The notes beneath the pieces are model-generated. The model saw only the letters and a list, made by a program, of their open reading frames with translations, made no database searches and had not been told where the DNA came from. DNA of 64,000 nt from Chloroflexota bacterium. GTDB taxonomy: Bacteria; Chloroflexota; UBA11872; VXOZ01. The position numbers and the translations under genes were made by a program. The DNA lies in assembly GCA_963662335.2 (NCBI GenBank), contig CAXXVD010000001.1, forward strand, positions 96,001 to 160,000, in the 5' to 3' direction. Within the stretch, counting starts at the first letter, position 1. Every line of letters begins with the position of its first letter. This document shows positions 49,617-59,046 of this stretch, one piece after another.

Positions 49617-51128
49617 ATGCTCACATCACAAGTGCCTCGCTATGCGGACACAGTCGTCATTGGCGGCGGCACGGCCGGCGCCGCCGTGGCCGGTCTATTG
49701 GCCGAACGCGGCGACCAATCGGTGCTGTTGCTGGAAGCCGGGCCCGACTACGGCCCGCTCGCGGCGGGAAACTGGCCCCGCGAACTGCGGGACGGGCGGG
49801 TTCTCGCCAGCACCCATGATTGGTCTTTCACGAGCGCGGCGGCGCACGGCCAACCGGACCACGCGCTGCAGCGGGCCAAGGTCATCGGCGGCTGCTCGGC
49901 ACACAACGGCTGCATTGCGATCTGGGGCCACCGCGCCGACTACGACGGTTGGGCCGCCGCGGGCAACGACGGCTGGGCGGTGGCCGACGTGCTGCCCTAT
50001 TTCCAGCGCGCGGCGGCCCGGCTGCGCGTGCGCGAGTTTGCGCCGGAAGAAACAACCCCGTTCCACGGCGCGTGCCTGAAGGCGATGAACGGCGTAGGCA
50101 TTCCCCGCTCGGCCAATCTCAACGACCTGGACGAAGACGCGGGCGCGGCGCTCGCGCCCGTCAATATCCGTAACGGCGTCCGCTGGAGCACGGCCCTCGC
50201 CTATCTCGACCCGGCGCGGGAACAGAGCAATGTGACTATCGTGGGCGACGCCCCGGTGGACAAGATCAACCTGCGCGGCCCGCGCGCGGTCGCGGTCGAT
50301 GTGGTTGTCCAAGGCGTAAAGGCAACGATCGCGGCGGAGCGAATCTTCCTGTGCGCGGGCGCATACGGCTCTCCCGCCGTTCTGCTGCGCTCGGGCATCG
50401 GCCCGGCGGCGGAACTCGCCGCGCTCGGCATACCGCCCTTAGCCGATCTACCCGGCGTGGGCCGCAATTTGCACGACCATCCGGGCGTTACGCTGACCCA
50501 CCACGCTACGCCGCTGTTCAACAACGCAATGCGGGACCACATTGCCGGCGGCAAAACCGTCTTCACGGAGCAGAGCCTGGCCAAGGCGCGGAGCAGCCAC
50601 TGCACCGGGGCGTTCGATCTTCACGTCGCTCCCCTCACCGCCGCCGCGCCGGATGCGGCAGGCCGCTGGGAGTGCTCCATGTACGTAGCTAACATGGCGC
50701 CGCGGTCCCGCGGCCGGCTCACGCTGCGCGACGGCGACCCTGCGAGCAACCCGGTGATCGACACCGGCTACTTCACCGACCCCGGCGACCGCGACCTGGC
50801 GGCGCTGCTGGACGGCGTTGCGCTGACCCGGGAGATTGCCCGCCGGCCGCAACTCGCCGCGCTGATCGGCGCTGAACTGGAGGAGACGGCCGGCATGGTC
50901 ACCGCCGAGGACCTACGCCGCAACAGCCTGCACTACTTCCATCCCGTGGGAACCTGCAAAATGGGTCCAGCCTCCGACCCAGCGGCTGTGGCGGATTCAA
51001 CAGGCAGAGTCCACGGCATCAAGGGTCTCCACGTTGTCGACGCCTCCCTTATGCCCACCGTGCCCCGCGCCAACACGAACCTGCCCACGCTCATGCTCGC
51101 CGAACGCATCGTGGCTGGGCTCGACTAG
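49617..51128 (+). CDS. GMC family FAD oxidoreductase
   Basis: VIGGGTAG, LLEAG, GGCSAHN, LLRSGIG, VGRNLHDH, HPVGTCKMG, VDAS.MP, NTN. Confidence 0.9.
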   Translation: MLTSQVPRYADTVVIGGGTAGAAVAGLLAERGDQSVLLLEAGPDYGPLAAGNWPRELRDGRVLASTHDWSFTSAAAHGQPDHALQRAKVIGGCSAHNGCIAIWGHRADYDGWAAAGNDGWAVADVLPYFQRAAARLRVREFAPEETTPFHGACLKAMNGVGIPRSANLNDLDEDAGAALAPVNIRNGVRWSTALAYLDPAREQSNVTIVGDAPVDKINLRGPRAVAVDVVVQGVKATIAAERIFLCAGAYGSPAVLLRSGIGPAAELAALGIPPLADLPGVGRNLHDHPGVTLTHHATPLFNNAMRDHIAGGKTVFTEQSLAKARSSHCTGAFDLHVAPLTAAAPDAAGRWECSMYVANMAPRSRGRLTLRDGDPASNPVIDTGYFTDPGDRDLAALLDGVALTREIARRPQLAALIGAELEETAGMVTAEDLRRNSLHYFHPVGTCKMGPASDPAAVADSTGRVHGIKGLHVVDASLMPTVPRANTNLPTLMLAERIVAGLD

Positions 51129-51177
51129 AATGAGCTTATATCTCTTAATCGCAGTTGACTAACCTAAGGAGCGAATC

Positions 51178-52386
51178 GTGAAGGTTGACAGAGACCAATT
51201 CATGGACCAGGGCTATCTCATCTTTCGCAACCTCATTCCGCCGGACAAGCTAGACTCCATGCGCGCCGGTTGCGAGACCATGCTGGAGCGGCAGAAGGCA
51301 ATTTGGGCGCGGGAGCGCGGGCCGGACGACCCGCCCGGCGGCGAGTATGAGACGTCGCGCCAACCCCGCGTCATGATGATGCGCCCGGGCCTCATCGACG
51401 CGGAGACCGCCCACGTCGTGGAAGATTTCTGGGTCGCCGACCGGACCCTGGAGATCGCCAGCCAACTGTTGTGCAATCCCGAACCCTGCATCACCGAAAT
51501 GATGATGATGTGCAATCCCGTTCGCGATTGGCCGGGCGGCACCGGCTGGCACCGGGACGTGCATCCGGTGGACATGGCGCCGCTCGATGCGCTGCAGGCG
51601 GACGTGGTAGAGAACGGCCCCCGCTACACGCAGTGGAACGTGCCCCTGTATGACGATAACGTGCTGTGGGTCATTCCCGGCAGCCACCGCCGGCGCAGCA
51701 CTGCCCAGGAGCGCGCCGAATTGCTCGGGGACCGCGCCGGGCCGGTCACCGGCGGCGTGCCGGTGGAATTGAACGCCGGCGACGGCGTGGTCTATATCAA
51801 CTATCTCAACCACACCGGCAGCAACTACACCACCAAGACACGGCGCACGCTCCACGGCGGCCACGCGGTCTACGGTACGTATCCCGAACTTGGCTTTACT
51901 GAGAGCCTCGCGCCCTGGGCGCGGGAGCGTTTTGCGTCCTTTGCGGCGCGCGGCGAGCGCATGAAGGACGCCACCGAGGCCGCGCTCCGCGCCGTCATCG
52001 CAAGAGACGAGGTCGGCTACCGCGCCGCTTTGGATACTTTGCAACCGAATGTCGGCCCTCACGGCCGGACCACGCTCACGCTCTACCTGTCAAAAGTCGC
52101 GTTGCAGATGCGCTTGTTGAGAAGACCTGAGCAGCGAGAGCCGGACGACCTCCACCGCTGGGTCGAATCGTCGCACCCGATTACGCTGAATTGGGGCCCG
52201 GACTTCACCGCGCGCTTTACGGATGAAGAAGCGGCAACCCTGTGGCGCCGCTTCAGAGGCATCGACGCCGCGCTGCAAAGCGATGAAGAGATGTTCGAGC
52301 CGGCCTTTCAGGGACGGCCCATGCGCTACTTCTTCAATGAGTTGCCGGCGGGCGTGGACTGCGAGTCGTTCATCGCCGGCTGGTAG
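51178..52386 (+). CDS. Phytanoyl-CoA dioxygenase (PhyH) family protein with C-terminal extension
   Basis: QGYL, WHRD, LWVIPGSH, L.AGD, H.G. Confidence 0.75.
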   Translation: MKVDRDQFMDQGYLIFRNLIPPDKLDSMRAGCETMLERQKAIWARERGPDDPPGGEYETSRQPRVMMMRPGLIDAETAHVVEDFWVADRTLEIASQLLCNPEPCITEMMMMCNPVRDWPGGTGWHRDVHPVDMAPLDALQADVVENGPRYTQWNVPLYDDNVLWVIPGSHRRRSTAQERAELLGDRAGPVTGGVPVELNAGDGVVYINYLNHTGSNYTTKTRRTLHGGHAVYGTYPELGFTESLAPWARERFASFAARGERMKDATEAALRAVIARDEVGYRAALDTLQPNVGPHGRTTLTLYLSKVALQMRLLRRPEQREPDDLHRWVESSHPITLNWGPDFTARFTDEEAATLWRRFRGIDAALQSDEEMFEPAFQGRPMRYFFNELPAGVDCESFIAGW

Positions 52387-52542
52387 CGCGCGGACTCTAG
52401 ACGGCAGAAAGCGCCCGATGCCGCCGCCCACGCGGGGAGTGCGCGCCTTGCGCCAAAGGGCGTTTCTCCATACACTGGAATCATAGGCGCGGCGCAGCCT
52501 CTCGCGGCCGCGACAGCCAACATTTCAGTAAGGAGACTTCTC

Positions 52543-54279
52543 GTGAACGACGTGCAAAGACGCATGCGTGGCGGTATTGCAATTCTTCTGGCAGCGGCGG
52601 CGCTTGTGCTCGCGGCTGCTTGCGGCGTGCAGATGGAGCCGCCCCCTCCTGATCCTGACGCCGATCCCGCCGCCTTCACCCAGGCTTACGTGGCCGAGGC
52701 CATCGCCATGTACGAGGAGCAAGGCCGCGAGGCGATGTTCGCCCACTACAGCACGCCGGAAAGCGCCGTGGGTGTCTGGTATCTCTTCGTCATCGACCCG
52801 GCAGTGGACGAACTCGTCGTCCATCCCAACCAGGCGCTACTGGGCGCAAAATCCGTGCAGCGGCGCGACGTGCGCGGCTACCTCTACGGGCCGGAATTGC
52901 TCACAGCGACCGCGGACGGCCTCTGGGTGAGCTACTACTACCGCACGTATGAAGGCGACCAAACCCTGGCGGAAGGCCAGAAGCACGCCTGGATCGTGCG
53001 CCACGACGGGCTGCTCTTCGCTTCCGGCTGGTATGGCGACTTGGTTCCCGTCCCCACCAAAGCGGACGATCCGGCGGGCTACACCGAGTGGTTCGTCTAT
53101 GAAGCCGTGAACACCCACGACGTGGGTGGAGTCGAGGCTCTGGTTGAAAAGTACAATGACCCCGCGAGCGTGGACGGCGCGTGGCTCGTCACCGTGTACA
53201 ACGCGGAAGGCACGATCATTGCGCATCCCACGCTGCCGGAACTCGTGGGGCAGAACATCCTCGGCCCCCTGGGCACTGACGTGGCGGGCGTGCGCTTTGG
53301 GCCGCAGTTCTTGCAAGTGGACGAGGGCGGCGGCTGGATAACGCACCACGTCCGCGTTCCCGATGGCCCCGCCTGTTCGTTGCAGCACTCCTGGGCGGTC
53401 CGCCGGGGCGACGTGATCATGGCTTCCGCTTGGTTTGAGAGCGCGGTCGCGCACCCGCTCCTGCCCACTAAGTGCGATCCGATCTACTACACGGTGGCGA
53501 CCGTTGAGCGCGCCGTGGCCCGCTACCGCGCCGAGGGCCGCGCGGCCGCGTTTAGCTTCCACAACTCATTGGCCAGCAAGGACGACCGCTGGTACGTATT
53601 CATTCTGGGAACGGAGAGCAATGACATTCTTGCGCACCCGGCCCCGGTCTTTATCGGCCAGGACATATTAACCAGCGAAGCGTCCTACGACGACGCGCGC
53701 TACTTCTACGCGCGAGACTTAGTCGAGGCGACGGAGGAAGGACTCTTCGTCCATGATGTAATCGGCGTTCCGACGATAGATGAAGAGAACCCTTTTCACA
53801 CGTTTGAGGAAGTAAAGCACTACTACGCCGTGCGGGTGGATGACCTCATCTTCGTCAGCGGCTGGTACACGCCGGCCCCCACGAAAGATGACCCGGCCGA
53901 GTTCGCGCGGCTGCTGGTAGGGCGCGCCTTGACGCGCTACGACGACCAGGGTCTGGAGGCCACGCTCGCCCACTACAACGATCCGTCCAGCCTGGACGGC
54001 CCGTGGTACGTCTGGATCCTGGAAGACCGTGACGGCGATCTCTATACGATCGCGAACGCCAGCCTTCCCGAACTGGTGGGCACGACGCGCGAGCGCATCG
54101 ACGCCAACGGCTTCAACTACGGCGAGGCCTTTGCGGCGGTCAGCGAAGCCGGCGGCGGCGAGTGGGTAAGCTACCTCTTAACCCATCCCGAGACGCGCGA
54201 GGACGCGCCCAAGCATAGCTGGGTTGTGCGGCGCGGCAATCTGGTCTTTGGCGCGGGCTGGTACGAGGGCATCGAGTAG
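52543..54279 (+). CDS. Lipoprotein of four tandem single-Cache-like domains
   Basis: LAAAC lipobox; four repeats with WY.F, HP, G.WV.Y, KH.W, SGWY patterns. Confidence 0.75.
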   Translation: MNDVQRRMRGGIAILLAAAALVLAAACGVQMEPPPPDPDADPAAFTQAYVAEAIAMYEEQGREAMFAHYSTPESAVGVWYLFVIDPAVDELVVHPNQALLGAKSVQRRDVRGYLYGPELLTATADGLWVSYYYRTYEGDQTLAEGQKHAWIVRHDGLLFASGWYGDLVPVPTKADDPAGYTEWFVYEAVNTHDVGGVEALVEKYNDPASVDGAWLVTVYNAEGTIIAHPTLPELVGQNILGPLGTDVAGVRFGPQFLQVDEGGGWITHHVRVPDGPACSLQHSWAVRRGDVIMASAWFESAVAHPLLPTKCDPIYYTVATVERAVARYRAEGRAAAFSFHNSLASKDDRWYVFILGTESNDILAHPAPVFIGQDILTSEASYDDARYFYARDLVEATEEGLFVHDVIGVPTIDEENPFHTFEEVKHYYAVRVDDLIFVSGWYTPAPTKDDPAEFARLLVGRALTRYDDQGLEATLAHYNDPSSLDGPWYVWILEDRDGDLYTIANASLPELVGTTRERIDANGFNYGEAFAAVSEAGGGEWVSYLLTHPETREDAPKHSWVVRRGNLVFGAGWYEGIE

Positions 54280-54402
54280 ACGCGTTTTTCTTGCTGGGCC
54301 GCTGCCCTCAGGCCCGCTCTTCGACAGGCTCTGAGCGAACGGAGAGGAAGCCACGCTCAGAGCGAACGGAAGGGCGCCGCAGCCGCTCGATGCCGCCCTC
54401 AC

Positions 54403-54506
54403 GTAGCGCGGGGGCTTGTCCCCCGCCTCTGCAATCAACCATGTAGCGCGGGGGCTTGTCCCCCGCCTCTGCAATCAACCACGTAGCGCGGGGGCTTGTC
54501 CCCCGC
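54403..54506 (+). repeat. Three tandem family-A REPs, 40-bp period
   Basis: GTAG starts at 54403, 54443 and 54483; spacers nearly identical (CTCTGCAATCAACCA). Confidence 0.88.
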
Positions 54507-54805
54507 TTCTGCGCTCGCATTGGGAGCGCGAGGGCTTGCGGGTAATGGCTGTCGCAAAAGCCCCTTTAGCGGCGAAGAGGCACGACTATTCAGGCGTAGG
54601 GGCACGACGTGTCGTGCCCCTACGCCATTTGCAGACCAATTGGCTGCATTTTCGTGACACCTCGAGCCGCAAGTGCGACCTCATTGGTTCTTGCGCCCCC
54701 CTTCGCAATGTTCACGCAGGCGCGCCGCTGCGCTATACTTGAGGAGAGTAGCGCAGCGCGTCACCGCGCCCGTTCCACTACAGATTCTCAAGGAGGAGAT
54801 TCTTC

Positions 54806-56062
54806 GTGCATAGCCGGATACACAAGAGCATAGGAGCAATTCTGGCGGCGGCGCTTTTGCTGGCCGTCTCCTGCAGCGTGCAGGTAATTCAACCTCCGCC
54901 CGATCCTGAAACCGAGCCCGCCGCGTATACGCAACATTTCGTGAACCAAGCGATAGCCCGTTACAAGGCGAACGGGTTGGCGCCAACCATTGCGTTCTAC
55001 AACACGGCTGAGAGCATGAACGGCCAATGGTACGTCTTCATCGGCGACGAGAACGACATCATGCTCGCCCACGCCTCCGTGCCGGAGAACGTGGGCATGC
55101 GGTTCGACGACATCCTGGGGCCGGGCGGCTATCCGGCCGGCGCGCAGGTGGCGGCCGCGGCCACGGCGGAGGGCGCGTGGACGACCTACACCTATTACAA
55201 CTCGGCGACTGATTCTTTCCAGTCGAAGCACTCGTGGGTGGTGCGCTACGACGGCAGGATCTTTGGTTCCGGTTGGTATGAAGATGGGGTATCCAAGTCC
55301 GATCCGGCAGCGTACACCCAGGAGTTCGTGCAGCAAGCCATCCGCCTCTATGACGCGGTCGGCCGGGACGCCGCGTTCGCCTACTACAACACGCCGGCGA
55401 GCGTGGACGAGGACTGGTACATCTTCATCATCGACGAGAATGAGAACACCATCATCCATCCCACCCGGCCCGAAATCCGGGGCACCTCGTCCAAGACGCG
55501 GCTCGACATCACCGGCTACGCCTATGGCTACGACCTGGTCAACGCCGATGAAGCCGGCAAGTGGGTAAGCTATTTCTTCACGAACCCGCAGACCGGCTAC
55601 GAGGACCAGAAGCACACCTGGGCCATCGAGCACGACGGCTACATCTTCGCTTCCGGCTGGTACGAGCGCGACGTGGACGTGGACGACGCGACGTATACCC
55701 AGTTCATGGTGCACCGCGCCATCCAGCGGTACGACGCTCAGGGGCTGGAAGCGACCATCGCGTACTTCAACTCTGAGGAGAGCGTGGAAGGCCAGTGGTA
55801 CGTCTTCGTGCTGGATGAAAACCAGGTCACGATCTCGCACTACAATCCGGAGCACATCGGCCGCACCCGCGAGATGCGCATCGACGCCCGCGGCTACGAC
55901 TACGGCGCCGACTTCCTGAAGGCCACCGAGGCAGGGGCGTGGATCGACTACGTCTTCCTGAATCCGGAAACTAACAAGGAGATGCTGAAGCACACCTGGC
56001 TGCGCAAGCACGACGGCATCTACTTCGGTTCCGGCTGGTACGAGGAAGTGAAGAAGGAATAG
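54806..56062 (+). CDS. Lipoprotein of three tandem single-Cache-like domains (paralog)
   Basis: LAVSC lipobox; three repeats YTQ.FV..AI..Y...G...WY.F...KH.W..DG..F.SGWYE. Confidence 0.75.
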   Translation: MHSRIHKSIGAILAAALLLAVSCSVQVIQPPPDPETEPAAYTQHFVNQAIARYKANGLAPTIAFYNTAESMNGQWYVFIGDENDIMLAHASVPENVGMRFDDILGPGGYPAGAQVAAAATAEGAWTTYTYYNSATDSFQSKHSWVVRYDGRIFGSGWYEDGVSKSDPAAYTQEFVQQAIRLYDAVGRDAAFAYYNTPASVDEDWYIFIIDENENTIIHPTRPEIRGTSSKTRLDITGYAYGYDLVNADEAGKWVSYFFTNPQTGYEDQKHTWAIEHDGYIFASGWYERDVDVDDATYTQFMVHRAIQRYDAQGLEATIAYFNSEESVEGQWYVFVLDENQVTISHYNPEHIGRTREMRIDARGYDYGADFLKATEAGAWIDYVFLNPETNKEMLKHTWLRKHDGIYFGSGWYEEVKKE

Positions 56063-56114
56063 GGGGCAATTTGGTCTTAGGCCAAGTTGCGTGATGGGTT
56101 TGGATTCGGACAGA

Positions 56115-56150
56115 GAGACGCGGCGGGTGCTCCTGCACCCGGCGCGTCTC
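56115..56150. terminator. GC-rich hairpin downstream of the Cache genes
   Basis: GAGACGCGGCGGGTGC-TCCT-GCACCCGGCGCGTCTC, near-perfect stem, weak U-tract. Confidence 0.45.
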
Positions 56151-56339
56151 GCCTTAACCTTGCACAGCGGTGTCGCTCCAGTCACGCCGTTGCAAGGGGG
56201 CGTGGCCCTCACACTTTCGCTATAATGAGCCTTAACCTGTGCCGTGCTGCCATGGGACGGGGCTTATTGTGCAGAACGTGAACCGGCTCTGTACTGAGGC
56301 GATTGAAATGGCCGCGTGGGCGGAGAAAGGGGCGCCGTG

Positions 56340-57614
56340 ATGGCTGACGTATTGCAGGCCGGTGTCGGGCGCGCGACGATTACGCCGCCGCTGGGAACGT
56401 GGTTGTGCGGCTATGCCGGACGCGAGCGCGGTTGCGATTCGGTTCTCGACGATCTCTTTGCCACCACGCTCGTGCTCGCCAATGATGAGACGACCCTGGC
56501 GATCGTTACCTGCGACGTGTGCGGCCTGCCCACGCAGCAAGTGGCCGCGCTGCGCGCCTTGATTGCCGAACGCACCGGCATCCCGGGCGCAAACGTCCTC
56601 ATCAACACCTCCCACACCCATTCCGGGCCGATTACGAGCATCCGGGACGACATGCTGGCCCACGAGCGGGCCTATTGCGAGACGCTGATTCAGGTTATTG
56701 CGGGTTCCGTGGAAATGGCGCGCCACGACGTGGAGCCATGCCGCATCACCCACGGCGCGGGCAGCGCGCCCGTCAACGTCAATCGCCGCCTGCTGCGCGA
56801 GTCCGGCTGGGCGGGGATGGGCGAAAACCTTGGCGGCGCGATCGACAGGACCGTGCAGGTGCTGCGCGTGGATACCGTGGAGGGCGAGCCGCTCGCCGCG
56901 TTGGTGCACTACGCCTGCCATCCGGTGGTGTTGCAGCCGCCCAGCCTGGCGGTCTCCGCCGACTTTGTGGGCGTGGCGCGCGGGCTGTTCGAAGCCGCGA
57001 CCGGCGCGACCATGCTCTTCCTCCAAGGCGCGTGCGGCAACATCAACCCCATCGGCCAGCGCGGCGACATCGACATGCGGGAGCGCCTCTGGAACGTCGG
57101 CAGCGCGCTCGGCGCGGCGGCGTTGCAGGTCTACGCGCTGAACGGCCTGCACGCCACGCTTGGGGACACCGAGACCCTTGAGCCCGCGCTTGGGGCGGCG
57201 CAAGAGACCCTCGCTTTGGCCCTGCATACACCCAACGAACCGCCGGACTCCCATGGCGCGCGCACGCCGGCCCTCCGCTACTGGACGCCGCCGCTCCGCG
57301 ACGACGGCCGGGTCGCGTTCGAGGCGCAGGCCCTCCGTATCGGCAACGTGGCCCTGGTCGGCGGCGGCGGCGAGGTCTTCATCGAACTCGCCCAGGCGGT
57401 GCAGGAACGCTCGCCCTTCGCCCACACCATGTACCTGGGCTACACCAACGGCGACGTGGGCTACGTCCCCACCGCCAGCGCCTACCCGGAAGGCGGCTAC
57501 GAGGTCGATAGCGCCCACTTCCACTACAACCTCCCCGCCGCCGTCGCGCCGGACAGCGCCGGGCGGGTAGTTGACACCAGCGTGGCGCTCCTGGAGTCGC
57601 TACATCAAGAGTAG
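56340..57614 (+). CDS. Neutral/alkaline ceramidase-like amidohydrolase (paralog of 16536..17846)
   Basis: TPPLG, SHTHSGP, YACHP, QGACGN, GYTNG..GYVP, GGYE. Confidence 0.77.
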   Translation: MADVLQAGVGRATITPPLGTWLCGYAGRERGCDSVLDDLFATTLVLANDETTLAIVTCDVCGLPTQQVAALRALIAERTGIPGANVLINTSHTHSGPITSIRDDMLAHERAYCETLIQVIAGSVEMARHDVEPCRITHGAGSAPVNVNRRLLRESGWAGMGENLGGAIDRTVQVLRVDTVEGEPLAALVHYACHPVVLQPPSLAVSADFVGVARGLFEAATGATMLFLQGACGNINPIGQRGDIDMRERLWNVGSALGAAALQVYALNGLHATLGDTETLEPALGAAQETLALALHTPNEPPDSHGARTPALRYWTPPLRDDGRVAFEAQALRIGNVALVGGGGEVFIELAQAVQERSPFAHTMYLGYTNGDVGYVPTASAYPEGGYEVDSAHFHYNLPAAVAPDSAGRVVDTSVALLESLHQE

Positions 57615-57667
57615 AGGTGGTACTGCGCACTGGGACTCGCAGTGATAGCAGTCGCACGAGGAAGGCT

Positions 57668-58495
57668 ATGTTCACACTTGGCGTAATGACCGACGAAATC
57701 TCGCAGGACCTCGCCCACGCCTTGGACGTGATCGAGGAGTTCGGCGTGCGTACCGTGGAATTGCACGAAATGTGGGACAAGAACATCTGCGACCTGGACA
57801 GCCATGAATTGACCCAGGTGCTGCGCATGGTGCGGCAGCGGGGGTTAGCGGTCTGTGAAATTGCTTCGCAATTCCTGCGGTGCCCCATCGACGACCTGGA
57901 CGCCTACAACGACCACGTCGCTATTCTGGAGCGCTCGATACAGATTGCGCCGCTCTTCGACTGCCAACTGGTGCGCTGCTTCTCCTTCTGGCGGGAGGAT
58001 GACCTCGAGACCCACTGGCACACCATTCTGGAGCGCCTGGAGTTGCCGGTGCGCATGGCGGAGTCCGCCGGCGTCACGCTGGCGTTCGAGAACGTGCGTT
58101 CGTGCAACATCGGCACCGGCGCGGAAACCGCGCGCCTGATGGAGACGATCAATTCGCCGAACCTGCGGGTGATCTGGGACCCGGGCAACGCCTATGTATC
58201 CGGCGAGGCGCGGCCGTATCCCGACGGCTACGAGGCGGTGAAGCCCTGGATCGTGCACGTGCACGTCAAGGACGCGGTGCTCAGCCCCGCAGGCGAATCT
58301 GTGTGGAAGCCCATCGGCGCGGGCAAGGTGGACTACGCGGGACAGTTCAAGGCGCTGGCGGACGACGGCTACGACGGCGTGGTCTCGCTGGAGACCCACT
58401 ACCAACCTGAGAACGGCACCCGCGAGCAGGGCAGCCGAGAGTCGTTCGCCGGGTTGCAAGCAATCTTGGCCGCGCAGGGAATCGTGCCCGACTAG
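57668..58495 (+). CDS. Sugar phosphate isomerase/epimerase (AP_endonuc_2)
   Basis: TDEISQD, LAFEN, WDPGN, HVHVKD, GYDGVVSLETH. Confidence 0.85.
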   Translation: MFTLGVMTDEISQDLAHALDVIEEFGVRTVELHEMWDKNICDLDSHELTQVLRMVRQRGLAVCEIASQFLRCPIDDLDAYNDHVAILERSIQIAPLFDCQLVRCFSFWREDDLETHWHTILERLELPVRMAESAGVTLAFENVRSCNIGTGAETARLMETINSPNLRVIWDPGNAYVSGEARPYPDGYEAVKPWIVHVHVKDAVLSPAGESVWKPIGAGKVDYAGQFKALADDGYDGVVSLETHYQPENGTREQGSRESFAGLQAILAAQGIVPD

Positions 58496-58527
58496 CGGAG
58501 TTTCCCCTCACCCTAACCCTCTCCCCG

Positions 58528-58685
58528 GCTGACAGGGGTAGGTATTCTACAATCGACTTCACCTGTCTTTTCGAACGGAGCGTAGCGGAGTGAGGAATCT
58601 GGAGCGCTGTGGCCATAGGAATGCGTGGAGCATTGGCCCTAGATTCCTCGCTGCGCTCGGAATGACATTTACCTAGCTTGTCAGC
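58528..58685. mobile_element. Composite MITE/REPIN-like element, copy 3, inside a CCCTCTCCC/GGGAGAGGG hairpin repeat
   Basis: GCTGACAGGGG...TTGTCAGC termini; arms collinear with copy 2, central spacer unrelated. Confidence 0.62.
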
Positions 58686-58745
58686 ATCTCCCCAGGGAGA
58701 GGGAACCGGAGAAGACAACCGCTCGGTCGCCCTTGAACAATGGCC

Positions 58746-58925
58746 GTAGCACGGGGGCTTGTCCCCCGTCTCCGTCGGCTCCCCGTAGCGTGGGGGCTTG
58801 TCCCCCGCCTCCGTTTGCTCCCTGTAGCGCGGGGGCTTGTCCCCCGTCTCCGTCGGCTCCCCGTAGCGCGGGGGCTTGTCCCCCGCTTCCGTCCGCTCCC
58901 TGTAGCGCGGGAGCTTGTCCCCCGC
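58746..58925 (+). repeat. Five tandem family-A REPs, 39-bp period
   Basis: GTAG starts at 58746, 58785, 58824, 58863 and 58902; 15-bp linkers are related and alternate. Confidence 0.9.
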
Positions 58926-59046
58926 CGCATGGCGAGCAGAGGCAACGTCACGCAAGACCAGGCGGTAAGGCGCGGCCGCGCGCACGTCAGCGGCGCGTTT
59001 TCGCTACAATAAGAGCACGTAGCTTCTGTATCCCAGGGAGAGCGCG

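Noticed and set aside
54403-54506. CRISPR mini-array
   Set aside because: 16-bp linkers are essentially identical; it is a tandem duplication of a REP.
58746-58925. CRISPR array
   Set aside because: Linkers are only 15 bp and nearly identical, the repeat is dispersed elsewhere in the window, and no cas genes are present.
58347-58985. Repeat protein with GDKPPRY units
   Set aside because: Open frame arises from the 39-bp REP period; no RBS evident and it overlaps a real gene.
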